Shown here: piece after piece, positions 48,810 to 57,934 of the stretch | Numbering within the stretch: the stretch's first letter is position 1 | Layout of the letters: each line of letters opens with the position of its first letter | Source: an uncultured bacterium | GTDB lineage: Bacteria; JAGRBM01; JAHCIT01 | Assembly (NCBI GenBank): GCA_964621525.1 | Contig: CAZUMS010000007.1 | Location: forward strand, 2,015 to 66,014 | DNA: 64,000 bases | Direction: 5' to 3' | Notes under the pieces: generated by a model | What the model was told of the DNA's origin: nothing | What the model saw: only the letters and a program-made list of their open reading frames with translations | The model's database searches: none | Made by a program: the position numbers and the translations under genes

Positions 48810-50528
48810 TCAGACCGGCAGATCGACACCTTTTGCGAGAAGCGCGCGGCGCTCCAGCATGGATCGCAGTGCTTCAAACCGGCCACGCCAGTCCTGCTGG
48901 CAGAGCCGCGTCCGTTCTTCCGGGGAGAGTGAAACCCGGATACCATACAGATGTTCCAGCTCAAGAAGCATTTCGTCGATCAGGATCGAGACACTGTCGG
49001 ATCTGAGCGGCACGCCGGACAGCCGGACCACCGGAATCTGGACACCGCCGAACTGGTCGGAGCCGAACAGGCCGCCAGGACCGAACCGCTCCTTGGGCAG
49101 CGGACTCCAGACCACAACTTTGGCGCCATCCTGAAGCAATGCCCCGAGCGCGAATTCGAACTTGGGCCGCGCAACCGGCGAGGAAGCGTCGATCCAGAGC
49201 AGTGCACGCTCGGGCTCCGTCACGGCTCCGAGCAGCGCTCTCGCCGCCCGCTGCTCGTCCTCCTCGCGCGCGGGATAGACGGCCTCATGGAGTTTCGTCC
49301 GGCCAGATGCCGCCAGCAGCGCATGGGCGACAAAACCAGGATGCTCACCTTCCAGCAGAATGACCCCGGCTCCGTTCCGGATCGCTCCGAAGACGGCCTG
49401 TGAGACCGTGAGCACCTCGGGGGCAGCCGAAGGCCAGAGCAGTTCGGGCGAACCGGAAATGCGGCTCTCGTTGCTCCAGCCGGTGAGCCGGATTCGGCTC
49501 TCCGGGTTGAGGACCGCCTGTCCCGGCCGGAGCCGGCGCAGCAGGCCGTCCAGCCGAACCATGTCCTTTCGGCCGTACAGCTTCGATCTCGCCTCGGGCG
49601 CCAGCCGGATCGCCGGCACGCCCCCGCCTGGTCCTTCGAACACGAGGCCCACCGGACTCTCCATCATGCCGGACAGCCGCTCAACGAGTGCCTCCACCGA
49701 CGGAAGTTCGGCCACCATTTTTTCCAGCCGGGCAAGTTCCCCGAGGAACCGCGACCGTTCGTTCGGCCACAGATTGCCTATCGAGCCGAAGAGGTCGGGG
49801 AGCGCATCCGAAATCACGATCCGCGTGTAGACCGTGACCGGCACCATCATCAGCCCCGGACCGACGAAATAAAGATGATTGTCATCGAACAGGACCGGCA
49901 GCACCTGATTGGTCATCATGACCACCGCAAAGGTTCCGAAGAACGTCGCCGCCGCGATCAGGATGCGGTTGCGGTTGTTCCAGCGGATCCGAAGCCAGTT
50001 GCGGTGGATCCACCAGATCTCGAACCCGAACAGTCCGAAATGGAAAAGCGAGGGGAGCATCATCAACGGGCCATAGTGCCAGACCGGCTGCCCGTGCTCG
50101 ATCGTCACCGATTCGATCGTGAGCGGCGTCAGAACCGCCGGCAGGTGTGTGGCGATCCCGAGCACGAGCACCGGCACAGCCAGTCTGGGGGACGGAGGCT
50201 CGAGTGTGGCGAAAGCCAGGAGGAGAAAGAACCCCGCAGGATGACCGACGGCCGGGCCCACGAAAGCGAGGCGTCCGGCGATGAGCAGTGCCTCCTCCGA
50301 ACCGGCCAGCCAAATGCCTGCATAGGCGAATATCCAGGCGGCAATACTGAGACTCAGTACAAATGCCCAGTACCCTGACGAAGGAATCAGGCTCCGCTTC
50401 CAGGCCACGCAGCCCGCCGTGATCGCATAGATACCGAACAGAGCCAGAAGCATGATGCTAACCAGTACAGTAGCCTTCCCGGAAGAAATAGCTTCCGTGC
50501 TTCGAAAATACCTGACTCCAGTATACAA
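48810..50528 (-). CDS. 7TM receptor (7TMR-DISM-like) fused to a degenerate sigma-54-activator AAA+ domain; no DNA-binding domain
   Basis: Seven predicted TM helices in the first ~260 aa. C-terminal region aligns motif by motif to bEBP central domains (ILLEGEHPGFVAHALL vs LITGESGTGKE..ARAIH; closing ...CQQDWRGRFEALRSMLERRA vs ..YDWPGNVRELENVIERA). Walker A Lys, Walker B DE and GAFTGA are absent. Confidence 0.65.
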   Translation of the reverse strand: MYTGVRYFRSTEAISSGKATVLVSIMLLALFGIYAITAGCVAWKRSLIPSSGYWAFVLSLSIAAWIFAYAGIWLAGSEEALLIAGRLAFVGPAVGHPAGFFLLLAFATLEPPSPRLAVPVLVLGIATHLPAVLTPLTIESVTIEHGQPVWHYGPLMMLPSLFHFGLFGFEIWWIHRNWLRIRWNNRNRILIAAATFFGTFAVVMMTNQVLPVLFDDNHLYFVGPGLMMVPVTVYTRIVISDALPDLFGSIGNLWPNERSRFLGELARLEKMVAELPSVEALVERLSGMMESPVGLVFEGPGGGVPAIRLAPEARSKLYGRKDMVRLDGLLRRLRPGQAVLNPESRIRLTGWSNESRISGSPELLWPSAAPEVLTVSQAVFGAIRNGAGVILLEGEHPGFVAHALLAASGRTKLHEAVYPAREEDEQRAARALLGAVTEPERALLWIDASSPVARPKFEFALGALLQDGAKVVVWSPLPKERFGPGGLFGSDQFGGVQIPVVRLSGVPLRSDSVSILIDEMLLELEHLYGIRVSLSPEERTRLCQQDWRGRFEALRSMLERRALLAKGVDLPV

Positions 50529-50669
50529 TCACTACGGAAGGTATAAACAGCTTTACCCACTAAAGTCGATCCAGCTGGTAACCACCGGCTGAATTTGCAT
50601 CAAGCTACCCTCCAAATGAGGTTTTTCCGGATACACTATTCAGAAGTCCGGGAAAGGTGACCGGTTTCA

Positions 50670-51797
50670 TTGTCCGAGCCTCTCTACATTGTCGGACAGA
50701 ATGATTCGCTGATCCTGACGATCAGCGAGTGGGCATGCCGCCATGGGCTCGATGCCACCCGCAAGGAATCCGGGCGGATCCAGCCGCCGGGACGCCTGGT
50801 CTGGATCGCGGAGCGTTACGCCTCAGAGATTCCCCGGGAGTTGCTGCCCCTGATTGCCAGCTTCCCGAGCCTCGCCTGCCTGCCTCACGATGCCGAAGCC
50901 CTTGCCCGTAAGTGCATCGATACCGGTTTCGCTGAGCAGGTGTTCATCCCGACCTCCGAACGCGTTCTTTGCTCTAAACTGGAATTGCTTATCGATAATA
51001 CGAAATCCACGGACGCCGGCGGATACACCGGCCACGGCACCATGATGCTTGCTTCCCTTGCGGCTTCGCTGGCAGGACGCCGCACGCTGGAACTCGCCCG
51101 TCAGTCGGCCCTGCTCCCTGCTCCTGTCCTGCTTGCCGGTGAAGAGGGCGTGGAGTTCGAACCACTCGCACGGGCCGTCCATGCTGCCGGGCTGCGTTCG
51201 GTTGGACCGTTTGTGAGAGTCGATGCCTCCACGACTGGCGACCGGATGATGTCCGAACGGATCCCCGAAGCCTGTGGCCAGGCAGCCGGAGGGACACTAT
51301 TCATTCACCGTGTGGATATGCTCGATCCCGACGCACAGAAAATCCTTTCCTTCAGGCTCTCCATGCGAAATCCCGGAGGACGGGAACCCAGCGGCTGGAA
51401 GCTGATCGCATCGTCGGTTTCCAGTCTCGATGCACTCGCGCGGAGCGGGAACTACCTTCGCACGCTTGCCGACCAGCTCTCTGTTTTCGTGCTTCAGATT
51501 CCGCCCGTGAGGGAGCGCCTGGACGGTTTTGCGGTACTCTGCAGCGAACTGCTCCGGGAACTTGCCGCGCAGCTCAAGGTTCCCGAAAAGCGGCTTAGTC
51601 CCGAGGTGACGAAGCAGCTTGCCACCTGCCGATGGCCATTCAATGTCGCTGAACTGCGGGCCGTTCTGGAGAACGGAATGAGCCGTTCCCTCGGCGACGA
51701 AATCGGTGTTGAAGAGATCAGCCTGCCGGGCGAGACCAGCCCGCTGGAGCGGAAGCTGTGGCTCACACCTGACGGACAGGGCGGCAAGCCAAACTGA
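50670..51797 (+). CDS. Pseudo-receiver domain fused to a degenerate sigma-54-activator AAA+ domain; no GAFTGA and no HTH
   Basis: Central region aligns to NtrC: VLLAGEEGVEFEPLARAVHAAGLRSVGPFVRVDAS / GGTLFIHRVDMLDPDAQKILSFRL / IPPVRERLDGFAVLCSELL / RWPFNVAELRAVLEN; Walker A GEEGVEFE (Lys lost), Walker B DE lost, GAFTGA loop deleted. N-terminal ~110 aa are REC-like without the acceptor Asp. Confidence 0.7.
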   Translation: MSEPLYIVGQNDSLILTISEWACRHGLDATRKESGRIQPPGRLVWIAERYASEIPRELLPLIASFPSLACLPHDAEALARKCIDTGFAEQVFIPTSERVLCSKLELLIDNTKSTDAGGYTGHGTMMLASLAASLAGRRTLELARQSALLPAPVLLAGEEGVEFEPLARAVHAAGLRSVGPFVRVDASTTGDRMMSERIPEACGQAAGGTLFIHRVDMLDPDAQKILSFRLSMRNPGGREPSGWKLIASSVSSLDALARSGNYLRTLADQLSVFVLQIPPVRERLDGFAVLCSELLRELAAQLKVPEKRLSPEVTKQLATCRWPFNVAELRAVLENGMSRSLGDEIGVEEISLPGETSPLERKLWLTPDGQGGKPN

Positions 51798-51977
51798 TGG
51801 AACGCATCCTGCTTGTTACGTCCGAAAATGCTGCGGTTGCCCCGTCAGCAGACGCTCTTCGCCGATGCATTGCATTAAAATGGACAAATATGCTTCTACT
51901 GGCCCGCTATCTATGATACGAGGCAAACAGCCGTTTGGGACGGAATGCAAAAAACAAATCGAAGGAGCCCACTCCCA

Positions 51978-52619
51978 GTGCTGAATTTCAAACTCCCCGC
52001 TATCACCCTCTCTGCAATGCTCGTGTTCGCGGCTGGATGCGCCGACAAGGAACCGCCGAAAGAACAGGCAGGCGAAAAGGGCTCACAGGCCCCTGCCGGT
52101 GACGCCAAAGCGGAAGGCGACAAGGCCGGTGCCAAGACCGGCGACGGAGTGAAAGAATCCGACATCCCCGCCGGCAACAAGTCCGGCACCCTGAATGAAA
52201 AGGGCCAGGTGAACGAGAAGGCCGGCAAGGACAGCGCGTCCAAAGGCTCTGCCGCCTCGGCCGACTCCGAAATCGATCCCTCTTCCATTGAGGACATCTA
52301 TTTCGACTACGACCAGTCCGATCTTCGTGCGGAATCGCGCGACACCCTGAAGAAGGTTGCCGCCGTACTCAAGAAGTCAAAGGACGCGACGCTCACGATC
52401 GAAGGCCACTGCGACGCCCGCGGCACCGAAGAGTACAATCAGGCTCTCGGCCAGCGCCGTGCTGATGCCGCCCGTAGTTACCTCGTGAACCTCGGTGTCG
52501 CCCGCAAGCGGATCAGCACCGTCTCTTTCGGCGAGTCCCAGGCGAACCAGAATGCCGACGGCGAAGCCGCCTGGCAGAAGGACCGCCGCGGCGCATTCGT
52601 ATTCAAGACCGGTAACTGA
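51978..52619 (+). CDS. pal: Peptidoglycan-associated lipoprotein (OmpA-family C-terminal domain)
   Basis: Lipobox MLVFAAGC, OmpA motif FDYDQSDLR...TIEGHCDARGTEEYNQALGQRRA; GTG start 10 nt after RBS GAAGGAG. Confidence 0.85.
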   Translation: MLNFKLPAITLSAMLVFAAGCADKEPPKEQAGEKGSQAPAGDAKAEGDKAGAKTGDGVKESDIPAGNKSGTLNEKGQVNEKAGKDSASKGSAASADSEIDPSSIEDIYFDYDQSDLRAESRDTLKKVAAVLKKSKDATLTIEGHCDARGTEEYNQALGQRRADAARSYLVNLGVARKRISTVSFGESQANQNADGEAAWQKDRRGAFVFKTGN

Positions 52620-52720
52620 CCGGTTTCGGATCGCTGCACGAAGGGCGTGGCCTCGATGGCCGCGCCCTTCGCACTTTTTCCCTGCGGCCCCGCTCCGGTT
52701 CGGCTATCCTCCCGCGCGAG

Positions 52721-53356
52721 ATGCAGGAATACCGCTCACTGCTCGAAGACGTCCGGATCCGGGCCGCGCTGGCTGCCAGGAAATCCCTGCTCCCGGTGAC
52801 CGCCGGCGCGCTCCCGGCGGCCCTGCTTTTCGCGGCCCTTCTCTCCGTCGCGAGCCGTGGTTCCGTGGGCTTCTTCCCAGCGGCAGCGACCGCCGTACCG
52901 GTCATCTGGAGTCTTGGCTTCTGGCTGTTCCGCCGGCAGCAGGACCGGTGGCTGCTGGCGCAGTCCGGACAGCCTTGCCGCTACGACGGCCGCTATCTGA
53001 CCTTCGAACGTCCTGACGAAGAGACCCAGCCACTAGAGGGAAGCACCGCTCCTTCCTCATTCACGATTGCCGACTGGGCAAAAAGGCTGAATCAGGGCAC
53101 GCTGGATCCTTCAGAACTGCCGCCCCCCGGCTACGTGAACGCTTCGGAACGGCGGAAAGCTGCCCGCGTACCGGCAATCATGATCCTGCTCCGGGGTTAC
53201 AACGCTCTGCGGGATGCCTATCTGAGCGGGGAACTGGCCGCCGACGGCACGCCGGTCTGGGACTTAAGGACCCGCCTCATCAAGGACATCGAAGAGGCCG
53301 CCTGGAAACAGGGTACCGTCACCGATCCGGGCTGGCACACGAGACCCCGGCTTTAA
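52721..53356 (+). CDS. Hypothetical membrane protein (2-3 TM helices), function unknown
   Basis: Coding-like ORF with hydrophobic segments LLPVTAGALPAALLFAALLSV and VPVIWSLGFWLF; no recognisable motif. Confidence 0.45.
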   Translation: MQEYRSLLEDVRIRAALAARKSLLPVTAGALPAALLFAALLSVASRGSVGFFPAAATAVPVIWSLGFWLFRRQQDRWLLAQSGQPCRYDGRYLTFERPDEETQPLEGSTAPSSFTIADWAKRLNQGTLDPSELPPPGYVNASERRKAARVPAIMILLRGYNALRDAYLSGELAADGTPVWDLRTRLIKDIEEAAWKQGTVTDPGWHTRPRL

Positions 53357-53472
53357 CCTCGCACCTCTTGGATGTAATCAGATGTAAATATCCCCAGCTT
53401 CTCCCCAAGCCTCTCCAGAGACATTTGCCGAGAATTCCCGAATGATATCAGTGTGCTAGGCGAGAAGCCTGC

Positions 53473-54891
53473 ATGCCTGTGCCGCCCGATGATTCCGCGC
53501 TAAACTTGCGAGCAGTGATGGGCATGGGGCTGAAACCGTACACGCAGCTTCCGGGTGAATATGCCCGGTGGATGCGACGTCTGATCTTCCGGCGTAACGA
53601 TGCGCTCCTGCGCAGGCTGCTGGTCGACCCCTCGGGCCGCATCGAAAGCTACTACCAGAACTACCGATCCTCGTTCGCTGGATCACGTCCCGTACCGGTC
53701 CACCGGTTCGATGCCGTCCGCGAGTTCCGCGACCGTGAGATCGTCGTCCTCGGCGACTTTCACACCTATGACCGGGTACCACTCGCCGCGCTGGACCTGG
53801 CCGAAGAACTGAACCGCCGGAATGAGCGCCTTGCCCTGGCGCTCGAGATATTCAGTATCCGGCAACAGCCGGAACTGGACGCCTACCTCGGCGGACGCCT
53901 CACGCTGAACGAACTGCGTGCCGTCTCCCGCTTCGACCGGATCTGGGGCGAAGAACTCTGGAACCACTATGTCCCCCTGCTCGCATGGGCACGGCGGAGA
54001 AAAATCCCCATTGCCGGCATCAATGTACCCGGCGAGTCCCTCGAGACCCGTGACCGGGCCGCCGCCGATGCCATCGCCCGGCTGCGCCGCCTGCATCCCG
54101 GACGTCAGACCGCCGTCCTGATCGGCGAGCTGCACACGGCGCCGGAGCACCTGCCGCGGGCGATCTGCGAAACGACCGGCATCGCCCCGGCGATCCTCCA
54201 CCAGTCTGCCGAGCCCATCGCCTGGAGGCTCGAACGGCGCGGCATTGCCGGCGAATGGGTCCGTCTCTCCCGGGACCGTTACGCACGCCTCATTGCACAC
54301 CCGGTCGTTCACCAGTCCACGTTCACGTACCGGGTGATGTCCGGCGACCACGCGGAATCTGTGGAAAACTGGGAACGGGCATTCCGTTACGTAACGAAGC
54401 GTATCGGCGATATTGCCGGCATCGACTTCCGGCCTTTGCTCTCGTTGATGCACGTTCACGCCTTGCCGGAGCAAAACACCCTGGCGATTTCAGACGCGGA
54501 GGGGCTTGTGCCGCCGCTCGAGGCCGAAGACCGTCCCGATATCGACCGGCTGGCGGCACTGGCAGGCCGTGCCGTGGTACGGTTCTCACGGTATCTCGCT
54601 TCCGGGAAACGCATGCCCCCCGATACGGAAGCCCTTGGAATCCGCGAAGAAGCCGCAGCCCATCTGGCCGAACTCTGGGTGAATCCTCTGTCGGCCCGCG
54701 ATCTCGTCCTCACGCGGCCCGCCGACCTCGCCTTCAGCATCGACCGATCGCTGGCAGCCGGGGAACTTTCCCCCCTCCTGCTCCGGAACCTGTTCCTCGG
54801 AACCGGCTACCCGCTCGAAACGGACCGGGATCTTCTCGAACGGATCGAGCGCGCCGCCCTCGAAGCCCCGCAGAAGTCTGCCGCCGGGTGA
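53473..54891 (+). CDS. ChaN/Tiki/TraB-superfamily protein (DUF399-like)
   Basis: Two GxxH motifs characteristic of the Tiki/TraB/ChaN fold (VVLGDFHTYD and LIGELHTAPEHL) and W..Y..LL.WAR...IPI.G.N.P pattern. Confidence 0.5.
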   Translation: MPVPPDDSALNLRAVMGMGLKPYTQLPGEYARWMRRLIFRRNDALLRRLLVDPSGRIESYYQNYRSSFAGSRPVPVHRFDAVREFRDREIVVLGDFHTYDRVPLAALDLAEELNRRNERLALALEIFSIRQQPELDAYLGGRLTLNELRAVSRFDRIWGEELWNHYVPLLAWARRRKIPIAGINVPGESLETRDRAAADAIARLRRLHPGRQTAVLIGELHTAPEHLPRAICETTGIAPAILHQSAEPIAWRLERRGIAGEWVRLSRDRYARLIAHPVVHQSTFTYRVMSGDHAESVENWERAFRYVTKRIGDIAGIDFRPLLSLMHVHALPEQNTLAISDAEGLVPPLEAEDRPDIDRLAALAGRAVVRFSRYLASGKRMPPDTEALGIREEAAAHLAELWVNPLSARDLVLTRPADLAFSIDRSLAAGELSPLLLRNLFLGTGYPLETDRDLLERIERAALEAPQKSAAG

Positions 54892-55005
54892 GGCGTAAAC
54901 ATCGTTCCTAACCTGCGGGAACAACTCGATTTATTTCCTTGAGCCTTGGCCCCGGGTGCGATATCTTGGGTTCCGGGTTTGAGGGCGGTCAGGAATTTTT
55001 CTGTC

Positions 55006-55887
55006 ATGGCCGGCGCCACTTCCCGTTTCGCACGCACCCTCCGCAAGCTGATCCAGCCCGAACAGGGCCCCCGCCCTTCCGTCAACCGGTTCGGGGGGCG
55101 CATCGTCGCCTTCACCGCACAGAAGGGCGGCGTCGGGAAGACAACGACCGCCGTGCAGCTCGCAGCCTCCCTCGCCCGCTATCACGGCAAGAAAGTTCTC
55201 CTTCTCGACCTCGATCCGCAGGGGCACGTCGCTTCGTCGATGAAGCGCCAGGTGTCGGACGGCGAAGGGTCGCTCTCGGAGTTTTTCATCAGCCGCGGCA
55301 CGACGGCGGACCTCCTGCGCCTGCGGCGTTCCACCAGCATCGGCGGGCTCGACGTGATCCCCGCCGACAGGAAACTCGCCGATGTGGAGAACGCAATCGC
55401 CGGGAAGTTCGGCAAGGAGTTTCTCCTCAAGAACGCGCTGCGCGGAATCCCGGACCCCTACGACTACATTCTCATCGACTGCCCGCCGCACATCGGCACG
55501 CTGACCGTGAATGCGCTTACGGCTGCCCACGGCCTGATCGTCCCCACCGACCTCTCGATCCTGTCTATGGAAGGCGTCCACGATCTGCTCGACACCGTGG
55601 GGCACATCTGCGAACACCTCAATCCCGACCTCGAGGTTTACGGCGTGCTGCTCACGAAGGTGGACAAGCGGAACAAGTCGCTGAACGAAACCTTAAGGAA
55701 GAACGTGGAGCAGGCGTTCGCCGAACTGCTCTTCGACGCCGAGATCTCCACCAATACCGCCATCCAGAAGGCCCAGATGCAGGGCAAGGTGATCTTCGAT
55801 CACGACCCCGCCTCCACCAGCGCCCACAACTACCGCGCTCTCGCCGCCGAATTCCTCGCCCGTGTACGGGAAGGAGAGCGGAACTGA
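55006..55887 (+). CDS. ParA/MinD-family P-loop ATPase
   Basis: Deviant Walker A IVAFTAQKGGVGKTTTA, DLDPQG, IIDCPP motifs. Start set at ATG 55006 with RBS AGGA 11 nt upstream; an Arg-rich overlapping ORF in another frame is rejected. Confidence 0.85.
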   Translation: MAGATSRFARTLRKLIQPEQGPRPSVNRFGGRIVAFTAQKGGVGKTTTAVQLAASLARYHGKKVLLLDLDPQGHVASSMKRQVSDGEGSLSEFFISRGTTADLLRLRRSTSIGGLDVIPADRKLADVENAIAGKFGKEFLLKNALRGIPDPYDYILIDCPPHIGTLTVNALTAAHGLIVPTDLSILSMEGVHDLLDTVGHICEHLNPDLEVYGVLLTKVDKRNKSLNETLRKNVEQAFAELLFDAEISTNTAIQKAQMQGKVIFDHDPASTSAHNYRALAAEFLARVREGERN

Positions 55888-55979
55888 GACTGTAAAGATT
55901 CGCTAACAGTCCAAGAATTATCCCCGTTTAATTCACCTCTGCGATATTCATTTATTATCGACTGAAGGTGATCTGGGAA

Positions 55980-57455
55980 ATGAACCGACGGGATTTTCTT
56001 CGCCGCAGCACATTGGCCTTTCCGCTGGCAGCTGCGGGTTGTGCCGGCACTTTCATACAATCCGGTGGGATCGTGCTTAACGATGTTCACTCGATGCTGA
56101 ATGCCACCCGCGTCCGGGATGTCACCCGGCCCGATACGCTGGAAAAGCTCATTGATGCCGTCATAAAGGCCCGCAGGCAGAAGGCCTGTGTCTCCATCTC
56201 CGGCGGACGGCACGCGATGGGAGCCCAGCAGTTTGGTACCGATAGCCTTCATGTCGATATCCGAGGTTTGAACCGTATCCTTTCCCTGGATGCCGAGCGG
56301 GGCATAATGGAGATGGAAGGCGGGATTCAGTGGCCGAAGCTGGTCGAAGACTACCTCAGGCTCCAGCAGGGCTCGTCCAGACAATGGGGGTTCAATCAGA
56401 AACAGACCGGCGCTGATGCACTCGGAGTCGGAGGGGCCATCAGCGCCAATGCCCATGGGCGCGGCCTGACGCTTAAACCAGTTGCCGGTTCCGTCATCTC
56501 GATGAAAGTCGTCTCCCCTTCAGGAGAACTGCTCGACGTCAGCCGGGAAAAGAATCCGGATCTGTTCCGGCTGATATGCGGCGGCTACGGTCTCTTCGGT
56601 CCCATCTACTCGGCAACCCTGCAGATGACACAACGCCGGAAGATGAAACGGGTGGTCGAACTGATCGACGCCGGTGAGATACCTGCAGCCGTGAAGCAGA
56701 GGATCCTCGATGGATATCTCTACGGGGATTTCCAGTTCGCCATCGATCCGGGCTCGGAAGACTTCCTGCGCAAGGGCGTCTTCGCCTGCTACGCACCCGT
56801 GCCGGACGACACACCGATACCTGACACGCAAAGGGAATTGACAAACACCGACTGGATCGAACTCCTCCGCCTCGCACACACAGACAAGGCCAAGGCGTTC
56901 GACAAATACTCCCGCTATTATCTCTCGACGAACGGCCAGATTTACTGGTCTGATACACACCAGATGAGCTTTTATCCTGAAGGCTATCATCTGGATCTGG
57001 ATCGTGTGCTGGGCCGCCAGACACCGGGCTCTGAAATGATCACCGAAATCTATGTCCAGCGCGACGATCTGCCCGAACTGCTCGAAGCCGTGGCAAAGCA
57101 TCTGCGTGGATCTTCTTCCGAACTGATCTACGGGACTTGCCGTTTCATCGAAAAGGATACGGACAGCTTCATGCCCTGGGCCAGGGAAAGTTATGCCTGC
57201 ACCGTCATGAACCTGCATGTGGACCACAGTCCCAGCGGCATGGAGAAGGCCAAGGCCGCCTTCCGGGGGCTGATCGATATCGCACGCAGGCGGGGTGGTA
57301 GCTACTTCCTCACCTATCACAAATGGGCGACCCGGGAGCAGGTACTCGACTGCTATCCTCAGTTTCCCGACTTCCTTCGCCTCAAGAAGGAATACGATCC
57401 CGAGGAACGGTTCCAGAGCGATTGGTACCGTCACCATGTGAATCTGCTGGGCTGA
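55980..57455 (+). CDS. Tat-exported FAD-binding (PCMH-type, FAD-linked oxidase) oxidoreductase
   Basis: Twin-arginine signal MNRRDFLRRSTLAFPLAAAGCAG; FAD_binding_4-like VSISGGRHAMGAQQFG; about 490 aa. Confidence 0.75.
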   Translation: MNRRDFLRRSTLAFPLAAAGCAGTFIQSGGIVLNDVHSMLNATRVRDVTRPDTLEKLIDAVIKARRQKACVSISGGRHAMGAQQFGTDSLHVDIRGLNRILSLDAERGIMEMEGGIQWPKLVEDYLRLQQGSSRQWGFNQKQTGADALGVGGAISANAHGRGLTLKPVAGSVISMKVVSPSGELLDVSREKNPDLFRLICGGYGLFGPIYSATLQMTQRRKMKRVVELIDAGEIPAAVKQRILDGYLYGDFQFAIDPGSEDFLRKGVFACYAPVPDDTPIPDTQRELTNTDWIELLRLAHTDKAKAFDKYSRYYLSTNGQIYWSDTHQMSFYPEGYHLDLDRVLGRQTPGSEMITEIYVQRDDLPELLEAVAKHLRGSSSELIYGTCRFIEKDTDSFMPWARESYACTVMNLHVDHSPSGMEKAKAAFRGLIDIARRRGGSYFLTYHKWATREQVLDCYPQFPDFLRLKKEYDPEERFQSDWYRHHVNLLG

Positions 57456-57460
57456 CGCAA

Positions 57461-57934
57461 GTGGAGCCGCCTCCGGAATACGACGCCCGGCGTACGGGGA
57501 TCATTCTCTCGGCCCTCCTTTTCCTGTTCAGCCTGAGAGTACTGGGGCAGATGCTCGTCGCCTTTCTGGATGTCACCTGGCTGCCACCGATGCATCAATG
57601 GTACTCGGGTCTCATGAGCTACGAGTACCTGATCCCCTCGCAGTTCGCGATCATTATCCTTTATGGAAAAATCTGCCGGGACATTCTCTCAGGAAGCGGT
57701 TATTTCGCTGTACACCGGAGCTGGTTTGCTGGTGGAGTCCGTCATTTCGGTTACGCATATCTGGCCGGAATGATCGCCCGCTACCCGGTTCAGATGGCAC
57801 TCCGGCCTGAACTCCGCTGGTTCGGGCAGACCATTCCGATCTTCTTTCACTGGGTACTGGCCTCGTTTCTGATCGTTTTCGGGCATTTTCACAAACGATG
57901 GCGGCGACCCAGAGTTCAGGATGCCTCGGCATGA
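57461..57934 (+). CDS. Hypothetical polytopic membrane protein (lower-GC patch)
   Basis: Four hydrophobic helices. GTG start proposed at 57461 just after the oxidase stop (alternative ATG at 57551). Stop overlaps the next gene start (ATGA). Confidence 0.45.
   Translation: MEPPPEYDARRTGIILSALLFLFSLRVLGQMLVAFLDVTWLPPMHQWYSGLMSYEYLIPSQFAIIILYGKICRDILSGSGYFAVHRSWFAGGVRHFGYAYLAGMIARYPVQMALRPELRWFGQTIPIFFHWVLASFLIVFGHFHKRWRRPRVQDASA

Noticed and set aside
50529-50669. Possible sigma-54 (-24/-12) promoter tggtaaccaccggctgaatttgca upstream of the bEBP-like gene
   Set aside because: GG…GC spacing is 9 nt rather than the required 10, and the -24 element is TGGTAA rather than TGGCAC. Not a convincing match.
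53683-54474. 263-aa minus-strand ORF antisense to the ChaN-like gene; 305-aa ORF (56520..57437) antisense to the FAD oxidase
   Set aside because: Antisense high-GC artefacts.
54939-55895. 318-aa Arg-rich plus-strand ORF overlapping the ParA gene in another frame
   Set aside because: Only the 54946/55006 frame contains the KGGVGKTT P-loop and ParA motifs. The other is an Arg/Pro-rich artefact.
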